Origin: Hypanus sabinus
Lineage: Eukaryota
DNA length: 64,000 bases
Direction of reading: 5' to 3'
Assembly: GCF_030144855.1 (NCBI RefSeq)
Contig: NW_026781090.1
Location: 186,001-250,000, forward strand
Shown piece by piece: positions 10,766 to 24,110 of the stretch. Under the pieces are notes generated by a model. It searched no databases. It was not told the DNA's origin and saw only the letters and a list, made by a program, of their open reading frames with translations. The stretch's first letter is position 1. The number at the start of each line of letters is the position of its first letter. Made by a program: the position numbers and the translations under genes.

Positions 10766-11675
10766 TGTTACGAACTGTAACGTTTTAGAAACGAACCAGC
10801 AGAAACAGAGTTCACACTGGAGTCTGGTTTTGATGTTAAACCCATTCTCTTTATTAGTATCTACTTATAACATATTAATTTAACGAAATAAAGCAAAGTT
10901 AGCAGTGTTATAGATGTGTAAATATAACTCCCAGACTATCGAGCCTGAGAAAGCAAAGCCCAGAGTCTTGAGATGGTAAAGTAGGAAAGCTTAGTAACCC
11001 ACGGACTAAATGATAGGAGGGAGATATTTGTGATCTATGGTGAAACGTAGAGAAAAGGCCGTTACATCAAAATAACCGTCGACGAAGTTCTTATCCGTTG
11101 AATCCGTCCACATACGAGTTATCAGCGAAAGTGACCTGTCACAGGAATACCGTCTTCCAGGGGTTACCACACAACATACCCAGGCAAGGGTTAACACAAG
11201 ATATTCCAAAACCCACTCCTATGGATTATACGAAGTGACAGCCACACACATTCGTTGTGGTTCCGTGTACCGATGATCAACCCACTCTTGTGCCTCAGCA
11301 GCGACTAACTGCAGCNNNNNNNNNNNNNNNNNNNNNNNNNNNNNNNNNNNNNNNNNNNNNNNNNNNNNNNNNNNNNNNNNNNNNNNNNNNNNNNNNNNNN
11401 NNNNNNNNNNNNNNNNNNNNNNNNNNNNNNNNNNNNNNNNNNNNNNNNNNNNNNNNNNNNNNNNNNNNNNNNNNNNNNNNNNNNNNNNNNNNNNNNNNNN
11501 NNNNNNNNNNNNNNNNNNNNNNNNNNNNNNNNNNNGCCTGTCTGCAGATCGCTTTCTCTCTCTTATGGTTCAGTCCACTGTCAGCGCTGTCAGCCTGTGA
11601 CTGACGTCATAGTCCCGCCTCCTCACGCCGGCGCTCTTAAAGAAACAGTCACAGTACGACCGCAGGCTCATAACA
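10766..11675 (-). mobile_element. Gypsy solo LTR (contains N gap 11316-11535)
   Basis: TGTTACGA...TCATAACA termini; paralog of 32999-33758. Confidence 0.8.
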
Positions 11676-13319
11676 GCCACAACACAACTTCCCGACTTTT
11701 GAACTCAATGCCTCAACTAATAAAGACAACCGTGTCATTTGCCTTCTTAACCACCCGATCAATCTGTGCAGTCTCTTTCAGGGAGCGATGAACTTGGTCT
11801 AAGATCCCTCTGATCATCAACACTGTTCAGGGTTTTGCATTTAACAGTGTACTGTCTCATACATTCGACCTACCGAGCTGCCAAGATGATCATCATTAAT
11901 CAAATCTCACTGAGATTTCTCAGGTCCTGTTGAATTTATTGCCAAGTGCACAAGTACGGGAAGGTACAGGGACAGAGAAACACTGACTTGTTGCAGCATC
12001 ACAGGCAAGTACATTCAGGTAACACACGGAACACAAGTTATATGAGTCTCTGTCAGTAACCATCTATAAATATGTTTTATGCCATTATCGATATATAAAA
12101 TACATTATGTCATGATCAATATTAAAATGTGCATTTTGTGTCAATACCAGAGTTGGTAATGTTGAATTTGCTCCCTGTCTCCATTCCTCCTGTAATCCAC
12201 AACCAGCTCCTTTGTTTTTGTCACAATGAGGGAGAGGTTGTTTTCTTGACAGCACTGTGTCGGGGTGATGACTTCTTCTCTGTCGGCTGCCTCGTTATTA
12301 TTTGGGATTCGGCCGATCAATGTAGTGCCGTCAGCAAATCTAATTAGCAGATTGGAACCCGCCACTGCAGCCCCACAGTGCACTATGTACTGATCGCAAA
12401 GCTACGAAATTGCATGTGAATAGCCTCCCCTCCCCCAACTCCTCTCTTTCTGCGTCGCCAGCAGACTGGGACATCTCACATCTCACTGCCTCCGCCAGGA
12501 CATTAAACTGTGAACAACTGTGGTCAGGGACTGCTCTCTGGGGTACTCCAAACGCTACCTCCTTCCAGTCTGAAAACGACCCACTCATCCAGACACACAC
12601 TACGGGCAGTTTATCGATCTCCAACGAAATAGCCTAATCACCTACTCCCGATGTTCAATACCATTACTGACTCTGAGTTTACCACCGTCAAATGCCGGGA
12701 GGGTCATAATAATCAGAAAGTCTCCAGTCACAGCCGTGTAAATAAAATGTGATCTCAGTGGGTGTGTGGCGCATGCTCAGAATGCGAAGGAGACAGACAA
12801 ACTGAGCCAAGTCACAGACTGATGAAGGGGAGGAATGATCCCAGCTGCTGCAACACCAGCAACTTCACATCAGGGAGGAAGTTCAAATCAGCTTCGTGTT
12901 AAATGTTTAACCATCACGGTGACTGAAGGCAGCTGCGGGTTCATGAGGGACTGTTACTGTCAGATTCTGCAGTTCTTGCGGCTGCTCATCGCACCCAGGA
13001 CTGAACCCTGGTCACTGAGTATTGGAGGAGTCTGTTCTGCTGATGTTAGCCTTAAACTAGACTGGCGTTTAATATTGTGGATCTGTGAAAGATAAATCAA
13101 TTCTGTATCAGGTCCCGTGTCGCAGGTACTTACTGTCTCTACCACACTCACAATGTACACTAGACAGGCCACTCGGCCAATCTGGCTCCTGCAGTGTTTC
13201 TGTTACATATCCGTACATCAAAATCTATCCCTCCCGTTCCTCTCTCACTCTCCCTGTGATGACAGGTTGCAACTAGTCACCACTCCGTGGGATAGGAGAT
13301 TTCTCTTGAATTTCATATA

Positions 13320-13675
13320 ATCATAGAAATCTGCAACGCATGATAGATGCTTTGACCCTCAATTTGTGCCGACCATGTAACTTACACTAGAAACTGCTTT
13401 AAAATTACCCTACCGCATAGCCACCTATTTTCCTAAGCTCCATGTACCTATCCAAGAGTCCTTTAAAAGTATTGTATCCGCCTCTACCACCGTCGCTGGC
13501 AGCACATTCCACACACACACCACTCTTTGGTTAAAAACCTTAGCTCTGACATCTCCTCTGCACCTACTCTCAAGCAGCTTAAACCTAGTCCCCCCTCGTG
13601 TTAGCCGTTTCTGCCCTGGGAAAAAAAGCCTCTGACTATCCACACGACCAATGCCTCTCATCATCTTATACACCT
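13320..13675 (-). mobile_element. CR1 3' end fragment
   Basis: Minus-strand VYKMMRGIGRVDSQRLF; tail remnant near 13320; paralog at ~36020-36375. Confidence 0.75.
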
Positions 13676-13857
13676 GCATGAATTCCCTGCATGATTTTCT
13701 CCGGGCTGAACGAGACGATGAGCTCACTGTGGTTGTGACGTTGTTCAGGGCTCCGGACGAAGTTGGTTAAACTCCTTCTTCCCCGCTCTTTTCAACGTTT
13801 TGGGTCATTTTCACTTATTTTAAAGGACTGTGCCTCAGACAGCTTTGTTGTTGCAAT

Positions 13858-14575
13858 TGTTACGTACCAGCAGCAACAGATCACCAATGGAGTCTTGTTT
13901 CGATGTTAAAACCACTCTCTTCATTAGTATCTGCTACAAATATAAAAGATTAAACAAAATAAACAGAAGTTAACAGTATTATGCGAATATATAGCTCCCG
14001 AACTATCAAGCTTGAGAAACAATGCTTAAAGTCTTCAGATGGTAAAGTGGAAAAGTTCAGTAATCCACGGAATAAGTGAGTGAGGGGAGAGATTTATAAA
14101 TCCACAGGAAAATGTAGAGAGAAGGCAATTACGAAGAATTCCACACACATTCCATGCTGTGTAAAAGAAATACCAGTCGCTGAAGATCTTATCCGTCGAT
14201 TAGTTCCGAAATCCACATAGAAATATCACCAGGTGACAGTCACAGGAATATCGTCTTCAAGTGGTTACCACAGAACACCCCGATTCCGGGTAAGGGAAAT
14301 CCACACATATGGATTATACGAAGTGACAGTCACACATCCGTTGTGCACTGCGTGCCGATGATCAACCCAATCTTTTGGGCATAGCAGTGACAAGCTGAAG
14401 TCTCTCTCACTCTTTCTCTCTTCCTCTCCCTCTATCTTTCTCTCTCTCCCCTCCCTCTCCTCCATCTCTCCTCTCCCCTCTGTCTCTGCCGCAGCTTGTG
14501 TCTGACGTTACAGTCCCGCCTCACTCAGGCACTTAAAGCGACACTCACAGTAACCGGACCTGCGGTCTCGCAACA
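13858..14575 (-). mobile_element. Gypsy solo LTR
   Basis: TGTTACG...CGCAACA termini with 4-bp TSD CAAT; truncated paralog at 36549-36808. Confidence 0.85.
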
Positions 14576-15189
14576 CAATGCACCTCTAAAGTCTGACAGC
14601 AGACCAGCGAGCGAAACTCCGATGGTGCAGAATCAGAAACCAAAGTGTTGCCAGCCTGAGTCAGGGCTTTGGGGCTCCAGAGAGAGATTGGGTCTAGGGT
14701 TTACGAGGAGGAGGAGGAATCAGACCAGCAGGATATGGCTACGAAAGGAAGATCAGAAAAATTTGGAAACTGGTTGACCCAAAAAAAAAAGATTGTTAGT
14801 TTCTGCAAAATACTGGTGGAAATCAAAAGATCAGGCAGCAATTGTGGAGAGGAATAAATAGACAACTTTTAGACCGAGCCTCTTCAGCATGCCAAGACTG
14901 TGGACTCCGCTGCTTAGTTGCTGCCTGAACTGCAGAGGTCCTCCAGCATTTTGTGTGTGTGCGTCTCTGTATTTCCAGCAACTGCAGGATCTCCTGTGTT
15001 TTATACCTGCATTTTACTTTGGCATTAGATACACGTTGCTATTGAGTATATTGTTTATACTCTGCAGATTTCTTCAATACACCCGAAAAAATTGAGATAT
15101 GGACATTGAACCAGTGCTTCAAGAAAAGTTTAATGGCACCGTTATTACCCATAAGGCCCTGCGGTAATAATTTTTGTCAGGCTCTGAAG

Positions 15190-15290
15190 CACTGATGAAC
15201 TGCGCAGACGTCAGGCTGACGACGCCCCCGAGTATCACGCATGCGTGCAGTACACAGAAGGCTTTGAAAATGTCGGTTGCAGGTAAGAGC
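15190..15290 (+). promoter_or_regulatory. Candidate promoter and non-coding exon 1 of the first ZNF gene
   Basis: CpG cluster, GACGTCA, CGCATGCG, donor CAG|GTAAGA at 15283; conserved paralog at 37085-37180 upstream of the second ZNF gene. Confidence 0.6.
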
Positions 15291-15530
15291 GATTCTCCGT
15301 GTTTTTATCTTAAACACCGACTTCGGAATGATTCTTGTGAAATCCGGACACCGTGACCCGCAATCCCGGGACAGTCCTGCCCTCTCTCCCCTCTCTCAGC
15401 CCCACGATCCGTACACGGGCCCCCGGGGAGCTTCCGGCTGATGAGGGAATGGGAACCGATGGATCTCTCAGACAGAGCTGAGCTCCAGCTATCTAAATGC
15501 AAGGATTAGGAACTCGGAGAAAGGGAACAA

Positions 15531-15702
15531 AACTTATCAATCACCCGTCTGTGGACACTCTCTGGAGGTCCAAGATTCGTATGTTACACGACCGCTGGAC
15601 TAAGTGTGTAAATGTAGGAGTGGACTATGTTGAAAAATAGATGTGCTGGATTTTCTAAAATTGACTCCTTCTACCTTAGGCCACAAACTTATCTATCACT
15701 CC
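15531..15702 (+). mobile_element. Mariner-like transposon 3' end, followed by (TATC)n at ~15716-15755
   Basis: Encodes DRWTKCVNVGVDYVEK*, a mariner transposase C-terminus, then a TIR-like end; related inverted piece at ~45195-45308. Confidence 0.7.
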
Positions 15703-15714
15703 TTATTTATTTAT

Positions 15715-15757
<43 letters not shown>

Positions 15758-17622
15758 ATATATGGAAAAGCAGTATAACATTAGATGATCATCAGCATAA
15801 GATGAAAGATTAAACCTTAGCCTTTGTTTTAAATTAGCACTTAGTCTTTCCTGTGATTAGAAAATAGGAATCTTGGCTAAATTACCAGACATAAAGTATG
15901 GTGAGGTACATTGCTAGCATTGTAGATCAGCAAAGATTCCACTTTGGGTTGGACTTCCAGAGCACAGTTACTGGATATCCACAGGACAGTACTGTCGAAG
16001 ACTAAGACAGTACTTTCAAAGAGAATTGGAAATTCATTTGCCACCTCTTCTTGTGATTTGCCACCTCTTCTTGTGATTCTGCTCCTAAATGTGAAGACAT
16101 GGAGAAGTGAGTTTAAAATTATGCCATCGAACTGGTTGTAAGAATGGATCACACCTATTGGTCCTCATTTGCTTTATTCAGAGCCTTGTCAATAGAATGA
16201 ATAACTGAATAAACATTTCATTAGAACGGGGTGGATTAAACTGAATATATAGGATCTTTAAATTATACCCCTTCCCACTTATTATTTTCACTGGAAAAGA
16301 GATGTTGAAATTCTAAGTAATCATGACTAAAGTGTAATATGGTTTTTTAAAAAAAGCTCAAGGTCAATTAAGTGTGAAAAATTTGTAGAGCATTTTATAG
16401 AAAGGGACATTAAAGACATTCATCATTCATGCTGATTTTTCCTCCCAGCACTGCCGCAAATTCACAAACCACCCCACCTCCCTTCAGACCTACTCCATGC
16501 TGTGCCTGATGAACCAGCCAAGATTAGCAGTTCAACATCTGTGGGAAAAATTGAGTACAAATACCTAATAAGGTTGGGATGTGTACATTCGTCTCCCAAT
16601 TTATGATGTAGGAGCATTGATATTATGCTGCTTTGTGCATAAAATATACAATCCTCTTTGTTCAATTCTTTATTAGCTCGTGAACTTACAAGTTTGCTTC
16701 AGGGAGTTAAGCAATTTAATTTTAAACAACAGCATGAATTGATAAATGTTACCAATTTTAAATAGCAAAAAGTTTATAGTATTTTTTTCCTGACTTTGGG
16801 TCCAAAGTTTGAATAGTGTTATGATGTGACTGCATTTTTTTGGGAAAAAAAGAAAAAAATTGTAGTTATCCAAATGCAGAAAGGTTAGTCCTGCATTAAA
16901 TATGAATTACATTTAAGAGATCCAAGATTATGTTTATTTAATAAAACAATTTAAATCCAATTAATGCTTTAAATCTACACTATACATTCAAGAATGCATT
17001 TTAGGTAGCTCAACACCTCATGCAGGTCAGTCAGGTATCTCTGCTCCCTTTTAACTTGCACGTTTCTGTTTCCCAGATGCCTTTGAAACTTACTTTGACC
17101 TTATTTTCTGAGCTTCTTTTAAACTTGCAGGTTATGTGGAACATATCATTCTATAATGTGATGTCTAAAAACAGTGATTTGGAAGTGAGGTATGATGTAT
17201 TAATATGAGAACATCTAATAATACAGAAAATCTGCTGGTCCGACACCCAAGACCCAACCATGGCAGGTTCACTAAGTTTTACTGTGGTTCGTCACATGTT
17301 TGGAGGGCTGTCGCCTGAAAGTAATGATCATTAATCACCATCAATGTTACATAGTTCACACTAAAAATAAAAGCACAAGGGAGAAATCGGCCTCTGCCGC
17401 ACCTTTTTTTCAGAGTGCTCAGTGGCTCATTTTAATCAGGTCCAGAATTTTCCTGCACTTCTGATGGGAAATCTGTTGGATGTGTTTCTGACAAACATAA
17501 ACCCAAAAAATGTAATGAGTCAATGCACCAAGTGGATTGAACGCCAGCACTTTTGAACAGTGTGTTTCAGCCTATTCTGTTTCAATCTTTATGAAATGTG
17601 AAATAATATGAAAGGTCTAGAA

Positions 17623-18671
17623 CAAGGGTGGGCAAACTTTTTGACTTGTGGGCCACAAAGGGTTCTAAAATTTGACAGGGGGGCCAGACCAGGAGCAGAT
17701 GGACGGAGTGTTTTGGTAATACACCTCATAAGAGAAAATAAAATATCATGGGATATGTAGAAGACATGTGCTTTAATTTCAATTGAAAATGAACAAATGC
17801 ATTACAACAAAATATCTGTCTTTGAAGTCCCATGGTATTTAGCTATTTATTGAAATGACTTTTAAAACACTGAAAATTAAATGAATAAAATACAGCTTTT
17901 TTAAATAGTAACAGTTATTATTTTAAAGCACTGAAAATTCTGTATCCTTCAAGGTATTATCATCATCACTCTCCTCCTGACTGTCTTTATTTCAAAACCG
18001 GTAGGAGATGCAGGTCTGCTTGTCCTACTCCTTCTTATTCAATTGTCCACTGTGCCAAAACTCAACAACGACCAGCACAAAGACAGAACAATGCCAGCGT
18101 GCCAGTATGCGGAGCGCGTTATTGATCTGGAGTGCATTTTTTATTTTGAGAACGTACGTGCACCTGCGTACTACTCATGCCCATCACTTAACAGAAATGA
18201 CATGTAACATGTAAGGCTTATTGAAAAAAATATTTTCAAATGCATTTTTTACATAACACAACGAAGAAACTTATTTTTAATTTCAGTGGGAACAGTGTTG
18301 TTGGTCTCCCTTTTTAGTTAGCGCATCAAAGTCTGGATTTAGTTTTGTTGTGGCGATTCTCAGGATGGATCTGAGGTGTTGGTCAGTTAACTTGGATCTG
18401 TGGCTGGCTTTGTTGATGTTCATGACGCTGAACGCCTGTTCACACAAATAGGTCGAGCCGAACAAAGAGTAAAGTGCAAATGTGGAGTAATACGCTGCAC
18501 CTCAACAAAGGTCAATGTATATAGAGTGCGTCATCTATTGGGAAAACGCCAGAATTGCAGGGAAAAGACGTTAACAAGGTTTATTAATATAATTTCATCA
18601 AGTTCTGCGGGCCGGATTAAAAAGCTTAACGGGCCGCATATGGCCCGCGGGCCGTAGTTTGCCCATGCCTG
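17623..18671 (-). mobile_element. Non-autonomous hAT (Charlie-like) DNA transposon
   Basis: TIRs CAAGGGTGGGCAAAC / GTTTGCCCATGCCTG; 8-bp TSD GTCTAGAA (17615-17622, 18672-18679); dimerisation-domain remnant FGSTYLCEQAFSVMN...LTDQHLRSILRI at 18283-18465. Confidence 0.93.
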
Positions 18672-18679
18672 GTCTAGAA

Positions 18680-19054
18680 CTTGATAGAGGGCTAAAAGAT
18701 TACGAGAGGCATAGACAGGGTGGATAGTCAGTACCCGTTTCCCAGGGCACCAACAGCAAACACCAGAGGGCATATGTATAAAATTAAGGGAGGGAAGTTT
18801 AGGGGAGACATCAGGGGTAAGTTTTTTTTTCACAGAGGGTTGTGAGTGACTGGAATGACTTGCCAGGGATGGTGGTGGAGGCTAAAACATTAGGGGTATT
18901 TAACATCCTCTTGGACAGACACATGGATGAAAGAAAAATGGAGGGTTACGGGGTAGTGTGGGTTTAGTTCTTTTTTTTAAGGTTTATATGGGTTGGCACA
19001 ACATGGAGGGCTGAAGGGCTTGTACTGTGCTGTAGTGTTCTATTCTATGGCTCT
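18680..19054 (+). mobile_element. CR1 3' end fragment
   Basis: LIEG.KI.RGIDRVD-like remnant and TTCTAT-type tail. Confidence 0.75.
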
Positions 19055-19106
19055 AAAATCTTTTACATCACCAGTTGAGAAAATCATCTTTGTTCTACCT
19101 CCAATC

Positions 19107-19242
19107 ACAAAGAGGAAATCTGCAGATGCTGGAAATCCAAGCTACACACACAAATTGCTGGAGGAATTCAGCATTAGTACTCTTTTCCATAGATGTTGCC
19201 TGGCCTGCTGAGTTCCTCCAGCATTTTGTGTGTGTTGCTTGT
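19107..19242. mobile_element. Penelope-derived short palindromic repeat
   Basis: AAATTGCTGGAGGAATTCAGC ... GCTGAGTTCCTCCAGCATTT inverted arms; paralog at ~37475-37600. Confidence 0.65.
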
Positions 19243-20329
19243 TCTACCTCCTCTCAGTCTGCATTTTTCTACCAGTGAGAACATGCTTCCACCAATTCTG
19301 TCTGGCTACATAATGATATCAAACACCTTTGCCCTGGCCAACGAGTAGCTTTCACATCACAAATGTGCCAGACTCCAGGGAGACAGACTACTGCCCTTAA
19401 AGGCAGTATTCCTTGGCATTACCATCACTGAGTTCACCACTGTCAGTCACCTGGGTGAGACTTCAGGGGAAATATTTATGTTCAATACTGTGTGTGTTGT
19501 GGTGATGCAAGAGTTGCTGGAGAATTTTCAAGTGGGGAGTGATATTTGGAAATCTGAAATTGAAAGCATCATTTAGCAAGAAAATCACAAATAGGTGGTT
19601 TGCAAAAGCTGTGGCGAGTAAATCCTTCATTAACCTGTTACATAGGTTGTGTGAGAGTGCAGATGAACTCAATCAAGACTCAACCAGAAGAGATTAAAGT
19701 TCTTACTGACAGTGACTTGCTCGCTGTTGAAATGAATACCTCTCTATATAAAATTCAGTTTGCACATGTTGTTGTCACTGGGTAAAAATTGTACAGTACA
19801 AGGTTTTTGCACACACTGGTCATTACAAATTAGAGGGGATATTGGTGGGAAGGCGGGGAGACCTCCAGTGTCCCTGACGTCCTCACGTAGAAGGTGTATA
19901 TCCAGCTGCACTTTAAGGAGTTAGAGCTGGAACTGGATGAATTCCGCATCATCCAAGCGTCAGAGGGTGTGATAGGTATGACGTGCAGAGAGGTGAGTTA
20001 CACCCAAGGTGCAGGACACAGGAAACTGGATGAGAGTCAGGAAGGGGAATGAGGTTAAATAGCCATCGCCGAGTACTCTTGTTGCCATCCCACACAACAA
20101 CAGGTGGACACTTTAGAAACTGTTGGGGGGAATTACCTGGCAGAGGAAAGTCAAAGGGGTGATAGGGGATTTGTTAGTTAGTGGAACAGAACTAGAAAGG
20201 GACGAATATCCTAGTGGCAAGGCTTGCTAGTGCTCCCCTGTGGGGTGGGTGGTTAAACTAAAGTTGCAGGGAGGATTGGAGCCAGAATGACAGCACAGAT
20301 AGTGGAGAGGGTGAATTGAATCGAATTAA

Positions 20330-21035
20330 CTTTATTACTTACATTCTTCATACACGAGTTGTAGAAATCTTTATGTTATGTCGCTGTCTAAGTGTGCAAT
20401 GTTAATTTTAGTTTATAATAAATAGTATGTACAACAGGACAGTCAGGATAAATAAAAGTACAATTGTATCAGCATGAATTAATCAATCAGAGGGCCTGTT
20501 GGTCCTGGCTTTCTGGCTGTGGTACCGTTTCCCAGATGGTAGCAGCTGGAACAGTTTGTGGTTGGGGTGACTCTGGCCCCCAATGATCCTTTTTACACAG
20601 TGGCCCTTTTTACACACCTGTTTTTGTCAATGTCAATAGTGAGAAGTTCACATCTACATATGCGCTGGGCTGTCCGCACCACTCTCTGCAGAGTCCTGCA
20701 ACTGCGTGAAGTACAGCACCCATACCAGGCAGTGATGCAGCCAGTCAGGATGCTCTCAATTGTGCTCCTGTGGAAAGTTGTTAGTATTTGGGGCCCCGTC
20801 CCACACTTCCTGAACCGCCTGCGGTGAAAGTGGTGCTGTTGTGCCTTTTTCACCACACAGCCAGTATGTACAGACCCGGTGAGATCCTCGGTGTTGTGTG
20901 TGCCAGGGAACTTAAAGCTGTTCACCCTCTCAACCCCAGATCCTGGGTCAGCCTGTCTCCATTTCTCCTGTAGTCTGCAGCCAGCTCCTTCGTTTCAGTG
21001 ACATTGAGGGCAAGGTTCTTTTTTTGACACCAAAC
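20330..21035 (-). mobile_element. Rex/Babar-like LINE 3' fragment
   Basis: Peptide FKFPG...VKKAQQ...STIESILTGCITAWYG...LQRVVRTAQRI. Confidence 0.8.
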
Positions 21036-21049
21036 AGATGTCATTCAGA

Positions 21050-24000
21050 CCTCAGGACATGAAATTACGATATTGTAGCCATTACTTGGACTTGCTTGCG
21101 CCCAACAGTCTGAGGGATTTCAAGGAACAATCTGTAGAGAGATTGCGGACTATGCCAAGAAACAAAGGTTGATAAAGTGAGTGATTTTAACTTTCCGTTT
21201 ATTGACTGGAATCCTAGGCTGTAAAAGGACTAGATGGGGTAGAGCTTATTAAATCTACCTTAATCAGTACGTAAAATTCCCGATGTAGAAGTGTGCAATA
21301 AGCTATTGGGAAGTGATCTAGGGCGAGTGACAGAAATTAGTGTATGGGAACACTTTGTATCTACTGATCATGAGATTCCAAGTAAATACAGAAAAGCAGA
21401 GGCCTGGACCTCTCTTGAGATTCTAAATTGGAGAAAGGCCAATTTTTATGATATTTACAAGGATTTGACAAGTGTGGATTGGGACAGGATGTTTTTTAGC
21501 AAAGGAGAACTTGGTAAGTGGGAGATCTTCAGAAGTGAAATTTTAAGGGTGTAGAGTTTGTATGTGTCTGACAAAATAAAAGTTGAATGGTAACTAGTGC
21601 AGGGAATCTTGGTTTTCAAGAGATATTGAGGCCCTGGATATCTCATTCCTCTAAATGCCGCGGACGGTTGGGTGCAACCAAAACTCATTAATGACAACCA
21701 TTTCATAATTCCACTCCCGAACTCATCTGACTTTCCTTTAGTTGTCTTCTGTTGGATTCTAAAAGCTTCCTAATGGTCCTTTGCTCTTTTGTTTGCCCTC
21801 TCCTCTGATTTTATGTTGGTTTTGGATTCTCATTTAACCCACGGTTGTGCCCTGCTGCCTTTCCAATGCTTCCACGTCTTTGGGATGTATCGATCACTCA
21901 GCTCTCGAATTGCTCCCAGAAACTCCAGCCATTGCTGCTCCATTGTCACTCCTACCTTTTCCCTTCCAAACAAGTTTGGCCAGCTTCTCTGTCACAGAAA
22001 CATGGAGAAGTTCAGTACAGAAACAGGCTATTTGGCCCATCTAGTCAATGCCAAAAACATTTAATCTCTCTAATGCAACTACCTGCACTGGGATCATCAC
22101 CCTCCGTACCCCTACCATCCAGGTACCTGTCAAACTTCTCTTAATGGTGAAATCGAGCTCATATTCACCACTAGTGCTGACATCTCATTCTACACTCTCA
22201 CGACCATTTCAGCAAAGAACTTTTCCAAATGTTCCCATTAAATTTTCACCTCCCCCACTTACCCATGACCTCTGGTTGTCATCCCACCCAACCTCAGTGG
22301 AAAAAGCTGCTTGCATTTACCCTATCTATACCCTCATAATTTTGTTTACTTCTAACAAATCCTCAGAGCAATGTATAATTTCCTTGTTTATGTTTGGAGC
22401 CTTTTTTAGGTGTATAAGATGATGAGGGGCATTGAGTGTGTGGATAGTCAGAGGATTTTTTCCCAGCGTTAACATGGCTAACAGGAGGGGGCATAGTTTT
22501 AAGGTGCTTGGAAATATATGCGGAGGGGATGTCAGGGGTAGGTTTTTTACACAGAGAGTGTTGGATGTGTCTAATGCACTGCCAGCAGCGGTTGTCGAGG
22601 CGGATACAACAGGGACTTTTAACACTCTCTCAGATAGTTACATGGAGCTCAGAAAAATAGAGGACTATGCGCTAGGGAAACTCCAGGCAGCTTCTAGAGT
22701 AAGTTACATAGTCGGCACAGCACTGTGGGCCAAAGGGTCTGTAATGTGCTATAGATTTCTATCATTCTATGAAATTCAAGGGAAATCTCCAAACCCACGG
22801 AGTGGTGACTAGTAGTGAATAGTGGGAAAGTTACTGGAACGTATGACCAGGAACCGGAAATATAAGTATTTGGATAGATGTGGAATGATTAAGAATAGGC
22901 AACATGGCTTTGCGCAGGATAGGTCATGTCTAACCAATCTTATAGAGTCTCTCGAGGAAGTTATCAGGATAGTGGATGAAGACAAGGCAGTGGATGTTGT
23001 CTACATGGATGTTAGCAAGGCACTTGACAAAGTCTCATATGGGAGGTTGGTCAAGAAGGTTCAGTCACTCAGCATTCTAGATGAGATAGTAAATTGGATG
23101 AGACACTGTCTTTGGCAGAAGCCAGAGTGTGGTAGCAGATGGTTGCCTCTCTGACTGGAGGCCTGTGACTAGTGGTTGCCACAGGGATCAGTGCTAGATC
23201 TGTTGTGGTTTGTCATCTATATCAGTAATCTGGATGATAGTGTGGTTAACTGGATTTGCAGATTTATGACCACCAAGACTGGTGGTGTAGTGGACAGCGA
23301 GGAAGACTATCATGGCTTGCAGTGCAATCTGGACCCCCTGGGAAAATGGTTTGAGAAATGGAAAATGGAATTTAATTCAGACCAGTGTGAGCTGTTGCAC
23401 TTTGGTTTGACCTACCAAGGGAGGTCTTTCACAGTGACTGGTCGGGCACGGAGGAGTGTTGTAGAAGAAAGGGACCTGGGAATACAAGTCCTTAATTCAC
23501 TGAAAGTGGTATCACAGTTAGATAGTGACGGAAAGAAAGATTTTAGCCCATTGGCTTTCAAGAACCAAATACTGACGATAGATGGATATTATGTTGACTT
23601 GTAAAAGAGGCCTAATTTGGAGTATTGTGTGAAGTTTTGGTCACCTACTGACAGGAAAGATTTAAAAGAGATTCAGAGATTTCAGAGAAAATTCACAAGG
23701 CTGTTGTCAAGTTTGGAGGACTTGGGTTATAAGGAAAGATTGAACAGGTCAGGACTTTATTCTTTGGAATGTAGAAGATTGAGGTGAGATTTGATTGTGG
23801 TAGAGGGGCATAGATAGTGTAAATGCAAGCTGGCTTTCTCCACTGAGATTGCGTAGGACTTCAACCAGTGGCCAGGGGTTAAGGGTGAAAGGTGAAATGT
23901 TAAGGGGAACATGAGGGGAAACTTCTGCACACAGATGGTCATCTAGGTTTGGAATGAGCAGCCATCCCGAGTGGTGCATGCGAGCTCGATTTCAACATTT

Positions 24001-24110
24001 AGGAAGTTTGTGCAGGTACCTGGATTGTAGGAGTGTGGGAGGGGCAATTTAAATAGTTCAGCACAAGACTAGATGGCCCAATGGACCTGTTTCTGTGTTG
24101 TACTTTTCTA
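21050..24110. mobile_element. Nested degenerate CR1 fragments; main plus-strand RT remnant at ~22800-24110
   Basis: QHGF...SCLTNL...VDVVYMD.SKA.DKV and PQGSVL motifs with stops and frameshifts; minus-strand CR1 pieces at ~21700-22350. Confidence 0.8.

Larger units (their letters stand above)
10652..15530 (+). repeat. Segmental duplication, paralog of ~32883-37420
   Basis: Collinear high identity with shared nested TE insertions and two large indels. Confidence 0.9.

Noticed and set aside
12818-12845. CTGATGA as a hammerhead core (also ~34889)
   Set aside because: No stem II, GAAA or cleavage triplet in register.
15877-16152. Short ORFs as a captured gene exon
   Set aside because: No recognisable domain in any frame; needs a database search.
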